This document shows, piece by piece, positions 17,887 through 25,283 of a DNA stretch of 30,262 nt (positions are counted from its first letter, which is position 1; each line of letters opens with the position of its first letter). The notes below the pieces were generated by a model. The model had not been told where the DNA came from, searched no databases, and was given only the letters and a program-made list of their open reading frames with translations. A program made the translations under genes and the position numbers. The DNA is taken from positions 1 through 30,262 of IMG/VR virus record IMGVR_UViG_2534681935_000039, one strand, 5' to 3'. The DNA comes from a virus (Duplodnaviria; Heunggongvirae; Uroviricota; Caudoviricetes).

Positions 17887-18775
17887 GGTTAACCTCCTGC
17901 GGCGGTTCCGGTAGCGGAATCCAGTGAGTTGCTTGCTCAATACCATTACCCGGCTTAATCGTTGCATCTCCGCGCCGAAAGGTGCTTCCGGTATAGCGTG
18001 CGGAGCATATTAGCGGTTCAACCAGAGAGCTATCGAAATTCACCGAAATAAGCACGTTCTGGCCCTTTTCAGGCATTCGCTCACTACAGCTTATCCAACT
18101 ATCCGGAGTTACCGGATAGTTGCCCGATAGTGCATTCTGCTCCAGTGATGCTTTTACAAACCACGCTGCCTGAACTATAACGCCATGAATCCAGCGCAAA
18201 TCAGCATCGCGATCTTTCTTTTTCATCTTTTCGCCACTTAAGGCCTTGCTTATGTGGCTGCGTACCAGGTCTTCATGTAATTCCTTCGCCTCCTCAATGG
18301 TGAAACCACCAGGCAGAAGAGCCGGAGTTACCGGAGAGCTGGTTGACGCTTCCGGGATTTTCCGAAAATTATTGGTTGACGAATCTTTATTTTCCCGAAA
18401 GTTTCCGGACTGAAGCATGGCTTCGCGGCAATCGTTCCAGCCTGTAGCGTATGCAGCCGCTTTGCTGCTGCCTTCAACTGGCGCATCCTGCCAATACATT
18501 TCTTCCGTCACTATCGGCGCTGGAGGGGCGGCAAATAGATATCCGCCAAAGTCAGGAAGCTCTCTAATGGCCTGTACGAATTTTTGTTTGCCTACGTCAA
18601 CCCCTAATGGGTAATGAGCTATAATCTTTGCCACCGGCTCTGCTTCCAGCGATGCCAGAGCAATCCGTGCCAGTTCTTCCGCTTCTTCTGCTGGCAGTAC
18701 AACGTTGCTACCCGGTCCGTATGTTTCGCGCCACTGCTTGATTGTCAGCAGTCGCTCTTTGGTTATAGTAGTCAT
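17879..18775 (-). CDS. hypothetical phage protein with DUF551-like C-terminus (298 aa)
   Basis: C-terminal ATHWIPLPEPP matches the recalled DUF551 signature of lambdoid nin-region proteins; GAGG RBS. Confidence 0.5.
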   Translation of the reverse strand: MTTITKERLLTIKQWRETYGPGSNVVLPAEEAEELARIALASLEAEPVAKIIAHYPLGVDVGKQKFVQAIRELPDFGGYLFAAPPAPIVTEEMYWQDAPVEGSSKAAAYATGWNDCREAMLQSGNFRENKDSSTNNFRKIPEASTSSPVTPALLPGGFTIEEAKELHEDLVRSHISKALSGEKMKKKDRDADLRWIHGVIVQAAWFVKASLEQNALSGNYPVTPDSWISCSERMPEKGQNVLISVNFDSSLVEPLICSARYTGSTFRRGDATIKPGNGIEQATHWIPLPEPPQEVNRG

Positions 18776-18981
18776 TTGTTAATCCTCAAAACTTTATGCC
18801 CGGGCGCAAAAGCACGCGTTTTGTCTTTGCTTATTCGCCAGCCATCCTTGCGCGCCTCTTTTGCACAGCCAGCCCATGACGTACCTATATACTCACCGAA
18901 GTCTGGCGACTTATATTTGCCATCTGTACATTGGAGGCAATCACAATAGAGATGCATGGTGTAACTTGCAGCGATAGCCAT
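18772..18981 (-). CDS. small Cys-rich hypothetical protein (69 aa from ATG 18981; ORF track extends to 19053)
   Basis: AAGGAGAG RBS directly upstream of ATG 18981; ATGA overlap with downstream gene. Confidence 0.4.
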   Translation of the reverse strand: MAIAASYTMHLYCDCLQCTDGKYKSPDFGEYIGTSWAGCAKEARKDGWRISKDKTRAFAPGHKVLRINK

Positions 18982-18982
18982 A

Positions 18983-19171
18983 TCACTCTCCTTTAGTGCG
19001 CAAGTGGTTTTTCCAGCGGTTTTGCGCCGCGCTGGGCTTTTTGCAAAAACCACAATCCATCATCCCGTAATATTTCATCAACCCCATCCGTCGGTTGCTG
19101 AGTCTCACCCACTGCCAGACGCCAGGAGCGTTTCTACGAACTAACAGAATCTTTGCTTTACGGTTTTTCAT
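18983..19171 (-). CDS. small basic protein (62 aa), paralog of 19168..19344
   Basis: ORF track; ATGA overlap with upstream small ORF; N-terminus MKNRKAK shared with neighbour. Confidence 0.35.
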   Translation of the reverse strand: MKNRKAKILLVRRNAPGVWQWVRLSNRRMGLMKYYGMMDCGFCKKPSAAQNRWKNHLRTKGE

Positions 19172-19344
19172 CTTACAGCGTACCCTTTCTTCCGCCTGTT
19201 CTGTGACGCAGTAGGCTTACGCTTTGCGGCAAAAGCCACCTGACCAAATGGATGGAGTACCGCTATCTTATGGTTGCTAATAACCAGCTCCACCACACGC
19301 ACAGGTCGCTGTAAAAAAAGTCGTTTTGCCTTACGGTTTTTCAT
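19168..19344 (-). CDS. small basic protein (58 aa), paralog of 18983..19171
   Basis: Hand-translated; ATGA overlaps at both ends; below ORF-track length cut-off. Confidence 0.3.
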   Translation of the reverse strand: MKNRKAKRLFLQRPVRVVELVISNHKIAVLHPFGQVAFAAKRKPTASQNRRKKGYAVR

Positions 19345-19517
19345 CGCTTTGCTCTCCTGCGTCTCTTTGCTGCTCGTCGTGCCGCTGCAATACCGGTATG
19401 GCGGCGCTTTGGTGCCGGGATGATGTTGTCAGCCATCAGGACATACGGCTTTGCAATTAGCGCAGAAGCCCAAAAACGAGTCGGGTACGGTAACAAGCCG
19501 ATACATGCCACACGCAT
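19341..19517 (-). CDS. small Arg-rich protein (58 aa)
   Basis: Hand-translated; TAATG overlap with stop of 19517..20275; C-terminus AAARRAAKRRRRAKR. Confidence 0.3.
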   Translation of the reverse strand: MRVACIGLLPYPTRFWASALIAKPYVLMADNIIPAPKRRHTGIAAARRAAKRRRRAKR

Positions 19518-20275
19518 TACTCACCTCCTTTGATGCGAATGCCTGCGGCGCGGATTGCATCGATGACTTCAGAAACTTTGTATGCCATTACCGTTTGGTA
19601 ATCATCGTGAAAATCTGTTCGATGAAGCATGCTGCTACGTTCCGGGAGCGATATTTCCCGAGCATCCAGTTCCTTAACGCGTTCCTCCAGTTCGTAGACC
19701 CTGCATTGTTCTCTATCATCAATCAGATATAACCCAAGACATTCGCTTTCTACCCAACCGCCAAAATCATGATCGTAACGCTCACATGAAAACTCACCGT
19801 CACCGTCCTTTGTTGGAATGGTGTAACTATCTAATGGGCCACCATATGTCGGCACATTTCCCAATGTTGGATGCTCAATCCACATGAAAAATGCACGTCC
19901 GGTTATTGGGCAAAGATCTGGCCGCCATTGGTTACGAACAGCCTTGGTTTCGGATAATTCTTCAGCGTGTTGTTTTACTTCCTCAAGCTCAACTCTCAGC
20001 TTCCCTACCGTTAGCGCAATATCCTCGTTCTCCTGGTCGCGGCGTTTTATGTATTGCTGGTTTCTTTCCCGTTCATCCAGTAGTGCCAGCACGGTTTCTG
20101 GTCCGGTCAGAAATTTGAAGGCGTTGAGCGCATCAATATCCACACCGTAATCCTTAAGTTCCTGTTCAGTTAACAAATCATCATCAACTGGCAACATTAA
20201 CAGGCGTTCCATTGCCGGAATTGCACGCTCTGCCGCCTCACGCAGTGCCTGATAGTCAATTGTCATTCTCGCCAT
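19517..20275 (-). CDS. hypothetical protein, possibly ead/Ea22-like (252 aa)
   Basis: Acidic coiled-coil-like N-terminus; vague recollection of ALREAAE / LALLDER motifs in Ea22-like prophage proteins. Confidence 0.4.
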   Translation of the reverse strand: MARMTIDYQALREAAERAIPAMERLLMLPVDDDLLTEQELKDYGVDIDALNAFKFLTGPETVLALLDERERNQQYIKRRDQENEDIALTVGKLRVELEEVKQHAEELSETKAVRNQWRPDLCPITGRAFFMWIEHPTLGNVPTYGGPLDSYTIPTKDGDGEFSCERYDHDFGGWVESECLGLYLIDDREQCRVYELEERVKELDAREISLPERSSMLHRTDFHDDYQTVMAYKVSEVIDAIRAAGIRIKGGE

Positions 20276-20907
20276 CCTTCACAGTTGTAATCACTACAGC
20301 CTTCAAAATCATATGGGCTGTACTGCCAGGTTATTTTTCCGCAATGCGGACAATTCCAACGCACCTTCCCGCTTCGCGACTTCTTTCTTCTGTTCTGCTC
20401 TTTCAACCAGTCAGGCATGACCAAACCTGCGCCCTGAACCATTGTTCTGCGGTTAAAGTTATTGATATTGAACGTCCGACGCTTTGCTGCATCAGCAATG
20501 GAAAATGGCAACCAAACTATTCCTGGTTCGTTTTTGTTGGCGACGCTAAAGATGGTCGCTTTACTGAAGTCATCTGTTGGCAATCCACCGTGTTGAAGCC
20601 AGTAAACATCGTTGCCGTTCCAGCTACCTTTTTTGTAGGCCACATACGCAGTGCAATCTGACTCAATCAGGCTTTCTGTGGGGATGTACTGGCAATCAAC
20701 GTGCCACACAGCCATTGCATCCACGCTATCAGCGCAAACAGGCTGATCGATATCTCGTCCACAATTCCAGGCTTTTTGGGCTTCTTCCAGCGTGTAAACA
20801 TGAGCGCGATCGATATCAGAACTGTAACCATTGCCGTTATGGCAATGGAATGAGGCGTTATTACCCACAGTTTCACGCAAGCACATCATGTAAAAGCGGT
20901 TATTCAC
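20263..20907 (-). CDS. Cys/His-rich hypothetical protein with C-terminal zinc-ribbon-like motif (214 aa)
   Basis: Multiple Cys/His clusters including NCPHCGK...C..C at the C-terminus. Confidence 0.4.
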   Translation of the reverse strand: MNNRFYMMCLRETVGNNASFHCHNGNGYSSDIDRAHVYTLEEAQKAWNCGRDIDQPVCADSVDAMAVWHVDCQYIPTESLIESDCTAYVAYKKGSWNGNDVYWLQHGGLPTDDFSKATIFSVANKNEPGIVWLPFSIADAAKRRTFNINNFNRRTMVQGAGLVMPDWLKEQNRRKKSRSGKVRWNCPHCGKITWQYSPYDFEGCSDYNCEGWRE

Positions 20908-21211
20908 TGGTTGCCTCCTTTGCTGGGCTTTCTAACTTCTGAGTGGTTGTATCAAACTCAAACAACTTAACCACGTCATCAAACAGGACATAATCGCCAT
21001 CAGAATCTTCAGTCATGTCAGCGCCACAATCCTGACCGAACGAGTCACAACCATCCATATCAAGCTCGTATCGCTTGAGTTTTGCGATATTTGATAAATT
21101 CAGCGCCAGTACAGCAAGGTCATAAACCTCATCAGCGGTATACCCGGCACCATGCCCATACATTTCAATACGGGATATGATTTCTTCTACACGTTGTTTT
21201 GTGATCGTCAT
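20900..21211 (-). CDS. acidic hypothetical protein (103 aa)
   Basis: ORF track; overlaps neighbours by a few nt. Confidence 0.4.
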   Translation of the reverse strand: MTITKQRVEEIISRIEMYGHGAGYTADEVYDLAVLALNLSNIAKLKRYELDMDGCDSFGQDCGADMTEDSDGDYVLFDDVVKLFEFDTTTQKLESPAKEATSE

Positions 21212-21708
21212 TTTTGCTCACCTTCCTGTTCTTCCAGAAAAATACGCATAGCCTCAAGCATCTCTTCGGTGCCATACGGTGGCAACTTGTCACGCAGGAT
21301 GTGTTCAATGCTGTTAATGAACTTGCGGATTGCTTTGCGTTCAATTTCAGCCAGGAAAGCGTCGGTGGCTGGGGTTTCCGTGAAGTTGTCCTCCCAACCG
21401 TAGTACTCCTGACGACAGAAGTTATTAAATTCCTTCTCCGACTGTTTAAGCTCCGCATTCTCTGCTGCCAGCACCGAAAACTTCTCGTGTGCCAACTTAA
21501 CAGCCGCATCAGCCTGCTTAATTGACTCAATCGCTTTCTGCTGGTCTTCGGCCAGCTCATTAGCACGCACCAGTTGCACTTCCAGTTGCGTTGCCAAATC
21601 GCTGATCAGCTTTGCCACACTACGCATATCAACGGCACCACATTCTGCTTTCAGTTCCGAAGCCATCTCATACCCGGCGGCAACTAACCCTTTGATATTA
21701 CTTTCCAT
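21208..21708 (-). CDS. coiled-coil hypothetical protein (166 aa)
   Basis: ORF track; helical A/E/K/Q-rich composition. Confidence 0.4.
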   Translation of the reverse strand: MESNIKGLVAAGYEMASELKAECGAVDMRSVAKLISDLATQLEVQLVRANELAEDQQKAIESIKQADAAVKLAHEKFSVLAAENAELKQSEKEFNNFCRQEYYGWEDNFTETPATDAFLAEIERKAIRKFINSIEHILRDKLPPYGTEEMLEAMRIFLEEQEGEQK

Positions 21709-21769
21709 CTTTACCCTCGCTTATCCACATAACTTATTGATTACATTGATAACTAAAAAGATCGTCGAT

Positions 21770-22114
21770 TCAGAACTCTTCGATGTTCCAGCCACCACCT
21801 GCTTTCTTTGGCTTAACCGTTACCCCGATGATTCGGAACGGATACTGATCTGCGGCGACTTTGGTTTTCACCCTGGCGTCGTCGGTCCAGAAACCTTTCA
21901 CTTCGTGCAGTTCCATCTCGCCGGTGGCGAGCATCACAGCGAAATCTGGCGTATAGAACGTGTTATCAGCTAACCGCAGCTTGATACCCTCGAATCGATA
22001 CCAGACGATTTCTCCTGCACGTTTACGCAGCTCAAGGTGCTGGCAATACGCATATTCTGTTTTGTTTATCTGGCCTGTTTTGAGTCGACCAAGAGCCTGT
22101 ATCTGTTTTCTCAT
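21770..22114 (-). CDS. DUF1064-like phage protein (114 aa)
   Basis: N-terminal MRKQIQALGRLKTGQ and YTPDF...HEVKG resemble the recalled DUF1064 family; first gene downstream of an operator-flanked promoter. Confidence 0.45.
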   Translation of the reverse strand: MRKQIQALGRLKTGQINKTEYAYCQHLELRKRAGEIVWYRFEGIKLRLADNTFYTPDFAVMLATGEMELHEVKGFWTDDARVKTKVAADQYPFRIIGVTVKPKKAGGGWNIEEF

Positions 22115-22117
22115 GAT

Positions 22118-22132
22118 TTACCCCTGAGGTAA
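22118..22132. promoter_or_regulatory. operator-like dyad S3: TTACCC-CTG-AGGTAA
   Basis: Abuts the -10 of the minus-strand promoter and overlaps the RBS region of 21770..22114. Confidence 0.5.
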
Positions 22133-22160
22133 TTAAAAACCACATAAGACACGAAATCAA
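22132..22160 (-). promoter_or_regulatory. early promoter (minus strand): -35 TTGATT, 17-bp spacer, -10 TTTAAT
   Basis: Read on the minus strand at 22160-22155 and 22137-22132; flanked by S4 20 bp upstream and S3 overlapping the -10 end. Confidence 0.45.
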
Positions 22161-22179
22161 TAGATTTTAGAATATTTTA

Positions 22180-22194
22180 TTACCTCATAGGTAA
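22180..22194. promoter_or_regulatory. operator-like dyad S4: TTACCT-CAT-AGGTAA
   Basis: Perfect dyad, extended to ATTACC...GGTAAT. Confidence 0.55.
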
Positions 22195-22231
22195 TTATCG
22201 AGACGTAAAAAAATGCGCTATCGCGCTGGTA

Positions 22232-23032
22232 TTACTTGATAAATCCTGACGCCTTTCCCCGCCTGTATTCCTCCATCAGCCACTGCGCCGGTGTTATTCC
22301 CCCCAGGGTGGCGGCGTTAGGCATACACCCGAAACTTCGCCCTGGTGGATGGTAAACGTCTCTCCCTGTGTCCGGAGGCGTACTCATGGGTTCTGGCTTT
22401 GCCTGTATGCTGATCACCGGATCGGGTATCTGCTGTCCGGAAGCCACCTTTTTCGCCCAATCATCGAGCAGCCTGCGCGCGTGTTTCTCAACCTCAATCT
22501 CGCTAAGCTGGCGCTGATACATTGCACGGCGGGTATCACATACGACCCAGTACATAACCGGATGCCGCCACGGGAATCTTTCGGGACCACCAGGATATAA
22601 ACTTTTTTCCTTGCTGTACCGGTGAAACTCCGCCATCACATCGTCAATGGTGACGCCAAGAACCATCTTGCTGTCTTTGCACCACTTGATAAATTGCCCT
22701 GGAGACGGCCAGAACGGAGATTCACTGGCGCGGGCGTGGCGCATACCAGCAGAAACCTGTTCACGGGTTCGGATCCCCCCTTCGGCAAACGCAGCAATCC
22801 ACTGCTGTTTTGCAGCAACTTCCTGCTCTGGCGTCTTCAGGTTGGTTACCACTGCCGCCGGAAACAGTTGTTTCAGCTGTTTAAAAAGGGCATCAACAAG
22901 CCTCTCTGCTGACATGTTCACCACATTGTCATTGTTGACGTACTGATGCTCATAACCTGACATGCGAGAAAGGGCTTCTCCGTCACGGTTTTGTATCGCG
23001 GTAAAAACGTTGTTCACAAGAAATCCTCCCAT
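22232..23032 (-). CDS. replication protein P-like helicase loader (266 aa; start may be GTG 23017 after a GGGAGG RBS)
   Basis: Block SPFWPSPGQFIKWC and surrounding WIAAFAEGGIRTREQVSAGMR closely parallel lambda P as recalled; follows the O-like gene with overlap. Confidence 0.7.
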   Translation of the reverse strand: MGGFLVNNVFTAIQNRDGEALSRMSGYEHQYVNNDNVVNMSAERLVDALFKQLKQLFPAAVVTNLKTPEQEVAAKQQWIAAFAEGGIRTREQVSAGMRHARASESPFWPSPGQFIKWCKDSKMVLGVTIDDVMAEFHRYSKEKSLYPGGPERFPWRHPVMYWVVCDTRRAMYQRQLSEIEVEKHARRLLDDWAKKVASGQQIPDPVISIQAKPEPMSTPPDTGRDVYHPPGRSFGCMPNAATLGGITPAQWLMEEYRRGKASGFIK

Positions 23033-23829
23033 GCTTCAGGGCTGTTCCAGTGCGGAACGTTGTTATCAGGTAATGTTGATTGCTTCTGTCTGCTAATCTG
23101 CAGCCGCCTTGCCAGCTTCTGCTCCCACTGTGCCTGATGGTATGCCTTACCCTCAGCCATCCAGTAAATTCTGAACTCTGCAAGTTCCTGTGCCGTTGGC
23201 AGACTGTCCAGGTATATCCCCTGCAATGAGCTTTTCCGGAGAAAGTCATCTGATGGCTGCCATTGTTCATGCATGACAAATTTGCCTAATTGCCCTGGCC
23301 CACCAGGAGGAACAAAGTTATTCATCACGGCGTTGTTTGCGCCGGGGTCATGAGGCACAGAATCCCCGCTTTTTGTCCTGCTCTCCCTCTCTTGGTTAAA
23401 TGGCTGGTTATATGACTGGTTCTGGATCCCGTTTTTGGGATCATTCAACATCCCGTTTTTGGGATCATTCAACATCCCGTTTTTGGGTATATTCCCGTTT
23501 TCGGTAACATTACCGTTTTCGGGTTCATTACCCCCTTCCCGGTTGCCTTTAATGTTCCCGTTTTTGGTTATATTAAGAGAGAAAACCCGTACTCTTTTCG
23601 TCGCCCCCTTTCTCTCTCCGGTATCTGAAATAAGCCCCATTTTCATGAGCGATATAAGTCCGGCCTGCACGGTTTTTTTATTCAGGCAAGTGTCTTTAAC
23701 GAGGCGTTCTATGCTGGGGTAGCAGAGGTTATATTCATCGGCTCTGTCAGCCATCGAGAGCAGTATGAGCTTTAATGACGAGCTACCTGGATCTGTCTCC
23801 CAGGCCCAATCTGTTGCATGTCTGCTCAT
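23014..23829 (-). CDS. replication initiator, lambda O-like N-terminal DNA-binding domain with DnaT-like C-terminal region (271 aa)
   Basis: N-terminal LKLILLSMADRADEYNLCYPSIERL pattern like lambda O; internal tandem DNA repeats encode the NGN...KNGMLNDP linker; GGAG RBS. Confidence 0.65.
   Translation of the reverse strand: MSRHATDWAWETDPGSSSLKLILLSMADRADEYNLCYPSIERLVKDTCLNKKTVQAGLISLMKMGLISDTGERKGATKRVRVFSLNITKNGNIKGNREGGNEPENGNVTENGNIPKNGMLNDPKNGMLNDPKNGIQNQSYNQPFNQERESRTKSGDSVPHDPGANNAVMNNFVPPGGPGQLGKFVMHEQWQPSDDFLRKSSLQGIYLDSLPTAQELAEFRIYWMAEGKAYHQAQWEQKLARRLQISRQKQSTLPDNNVPHWNSPEAWEDFL
23426..23570. repeat. iteron array (candidate replication origin) inside the O-like gene
   Basis: Six copies of ATCCCGTTTT(T)GGGAT-like units starting near 23426, 23450, 23474, 23492, 23509 and 23555 (periods 24, 24, 18, 18, 45 bp). 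Confidence 0.6.
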
Positions 23830-23844
23830 GATTAATCTCCGCTA

Positions 23845-24045
23845 TCAGCTTGAATGTTGTGGGGAGGAATTAATCATGATCTGCTTAATCTCTGCCCTGA
23901 TGCGACGGTTTGATTCCATGGTGCACTCAACACAGTGTCCGTTGTAAACCCAGCGTTCACTGTCATGTCCGTGCTTACATGGTTTTCCGGTGTAGTAGCG
24001 TTTAAGTCCGCGCTTTGCGGCATCAATACGTGTAATGATTTCCAT
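23845..24045 (-). CDS. small Cys/His-containing hypothetical protein (66 aa from ATG 24045; ORF track extends to TTG 24096)
   Basis: GKPCKHGH...NGHCVEC motif; occupies the cII-like position between cro-like and O-like genes; function not inferred. Confidence 0.35.
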   Translation of the reverse strand: MEIITRIDAAKRGLKRYYTGKPCKHGHDSERWVYNGHCVECTMESNRRIRAEIKQIMINSSPQHSS

Positions 24046-24123
24046 GGTAAGCCCTGTTATTAGTATTGGGATTACGATTATTTTGTGCTGACACAAAAAA
24101 AGATCAACCAGATTTGGTTTTTA

Positions 24124-24138
24124 TTACCTTTGAGGTAC
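24124..24138. promoter_or_regulatory. operator-like dyad S5: TTACCT-TTG-AGGTAC (one mismatch)
   Basis: Located just beyond the cro-like terminator and upstream of the 66-aa gene. Confidence 0.4.
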
Positions 24139-24149
24139 GAATAGATATG

Positions 24150-24171
24150 AAAAGACCGCCGGATGGCGGTC
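24150..24171 (-). terminator. rho-independent terminator after the cro-like gene
   Basis: GACCGCC-AUCC-GGCGGUC 7-bp stem followed by UUUU on the minus transcript, 23 nt after the stop at 24194. Confidence 0.6.
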
Positions 24172-24193
24172 TACAGAGGGTTGTTGCCAGATA

Positions 24194-24424
24194 TCATGAG
24201 TAGAAGAAGTATGCCAGTTCCGCTTTTGAGCGCAGCCATTGTCTTGTTTTACAGGCTTTAAAAAGCCCATTCATCAATACCTTACCTGGCATTTTGCGCT
24301 TACCTGTTAAGTGAGTCTGGATATAGTGACTCGTCGTTCCGGCTTCCTGTGCGAAGGCTTCACGCTCATCCGGAGTAAGTGCAAGCCAGTGCTTTTTGAA
24401 ATCGAAATGTCCGTTATCGCTCAT
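24194..24424 (-). CDS. Cro-like small HTH regulator (76 aa)
   Basis: First gene of the leftward early operon, divergent from the repressor gene across a three-operator region; helix-turn-helix-like stretch EAFAQEAGTTSHYIQTHL. Confidence 0.45.
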   Translation of the reverse strand: MSDNGHFDFKKHWLALTPDEREAFAQEAGTTSHYIQTHLTGKRKMPGKVLMNGLFKACKTRQWLRSKAELAYFFYS

Positions 24425-24449
24425 AGCTATTGCCTGATATTTATTTCAG

Positions 24450-24478
24450 ATAATAAATATTCACCCATAAGGTAACAA
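24450..24478 (-). promoter_or_regulatory. pR-like promoter (minus strand): -35 TTGTTA, 17-bp spacer, -10 TATTAT
   Basis: Read on minus strand at 24478-24473 and 24455-24450; operator S6 occupies the spacer. Confidence 0.45.
24461..24475. promoter_or_regulatory. operator-like dyad S6: TCACCC-ATA-AGGTAA (one mismatch)
   Basis: Within the spacer of the pR-like promoter. Confidence 0.45.
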
Positions 24479-24491
24479 AAATCAAGGATAG

Positions 24492-24506
24492 TTACCTATG
24501 AGGTGC
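24492..24506. promoter_or_regulatory. operator-like dyad S7: TTACCT-ATG-AGGTGC (two mismatches in right half)
   Basis: Centre 31 bp from S6 and 17 bp from S8. Confidence 0.4.
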
Positions 24507-24508
24507 AT

Positions 24509-24523
24509 TTACCTGTTGGGTAA
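24509..24523. promoter_or_regulatory. operator-like dyad S8: TTACCT-GTT-GGGTAA
   Basis: Third site of the divergent immunity region, nearest the repressor gene. Confidence 0.5.
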
Positions 24524-24578
24524 TATTGCTTTAAATTGAATCATCTACTGATTCATATATGAGGCGATTTTCCAGAAA

Positions 24579-25163
24579 ATGAAAAGTATCCAGGACGTCC
24601 GCAGGCAAAATCTCAACGACTTGATCGACCGTGAATTCAATGGTGTTCAGACGCGGATGGCTGAAAAACTTGGAACTCAGGCAAATCTGGTAAACCGCTG
24701 GGCTCTTGGCAAGAAGGTTATCGGCGACCAGGTTGCGCGAAAAATTGAAGCTGCCGCCAATAAACCCCGTAACTGGCTTGATATCGATCGCTCGCTTTCT
24801 CAGGAAGGTTTTCAGCCTGTCGGACCAAGCGACATTGGTCAGCTGGCGGCTCACAACCTGGAACGCTGGATGAGCGAAAGCCGCGACCTTTCAACACAGG
24901 GAAAACTTCACCGCGCATCCGGCGTAGCCCAGGTGACAATCAGCCGCCTGTTAAACAATGAGGTCAGCGTTTCCATTTCCACCCTGGAGAATGTTGCATC
25001 CGCATTCGGGCGTCACGGCTATGAATTACTGATTCACCCGCACGACCCTGCGACCATCAACTATGATCGCTCGCGCTACGCATTGTTACCCGAAACCGAG
25101 AAAGCAAAGATCGAAAGTTACATTGAATTTGTCATCAACCAGAACGAAAAAAACAAACAATAA
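24579..25163 (+). CDS. prophage repressor candidate with two tandem HTH (XRE-like) domains and no recognisable LexA/S24 peptidase domain (194 aa)
   Basis: N-terminal QTRMAEKLGTQANLVNRWALGKK and second LSTQGKLHRASGVAQVTISRLLN HTH-like segments; divergent from the cro-like gene; own terminator downstream. Confidence 0.55.
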   Translation: MKSIQDVRRQNLNDLIDREFNGVQTRMAEKLGTQANLVNRWALGKKVIGDQVARKIEAAANKPRNWLDIDRSLSQEGFQPVGPSDIGQLAAHNLERWMSESRDLSTQGKLHRASGVAQVTISRLLNNEVSVSISTLENVASAFGRHGYELLIHPHDPATINYDRSRYALLPETEKAKIESYIEFVINQNEKNKQ

Positions 25164-25183
25164 AATCATATTTTTCAGTAAGT

Positions 25184-25207
25184 AAGCCGCCTTCTGGCGG
25201 CTTTTTT
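25184..25207 (+). terminator. rho-independent terminator after the repressor gene
   Basis: AAGCCGCC-TTCT-GGCGGCTT stem-loop followed by a T-run. Confidence 0.65.
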
Positions 25208-25220
25208 ATTGCCTATTTGA

Positions 25221-25235
25221 TTACCTAATGGGTAA
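25221..25235. promoter_or_regulatory. operator-like dyad S9: TTACCT-AAT-GGGTAA
   Basis: 20 bp upstream of the TTGACA -35 of the pL-like promoter. Confidence 0.5.
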
Positions 25236-25254
25236 TTTTTTTAACTCATATCTA

Positions 25255-25283
25255 TTGACATCAAACCAGATACGCATAATTAT
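25255..25283 (+). promoter_or_regulatory. pL-like promoter: -35 TTGACA (25255-25260), 17-bp spacer, -10 AATTAT (25278-25283)
   Basis: Consensus -35; -10 only moderate; flanked by S9 and S10 with the same spacing as the promoter at 22132-22160. Confidence 0.5.

Noticed and set aside
17044-19517. Lysis cassette (holin, endolysin, spanin) in the region before the terminase genes
   Set aside because: None of the proteins shows a holin-like pair of transmembrane segments or recognisable lysozyme/transglycosylase motifs; lysis genes are probably outside the window.
22207-22226. Terminator immediately after the P-like gene
   Set aside because: Stem is only 4 bp (GCGC/GCGC) despite a 7-nt U-run; too weak to call without transcript data.
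23426-23570. Tandem repeats as a CRISPR array
   Set aside because: Repeat period is 18-24 bp with no unique spacers, the array is inside a coding sequence and no cas genes are present; iterons fit better.
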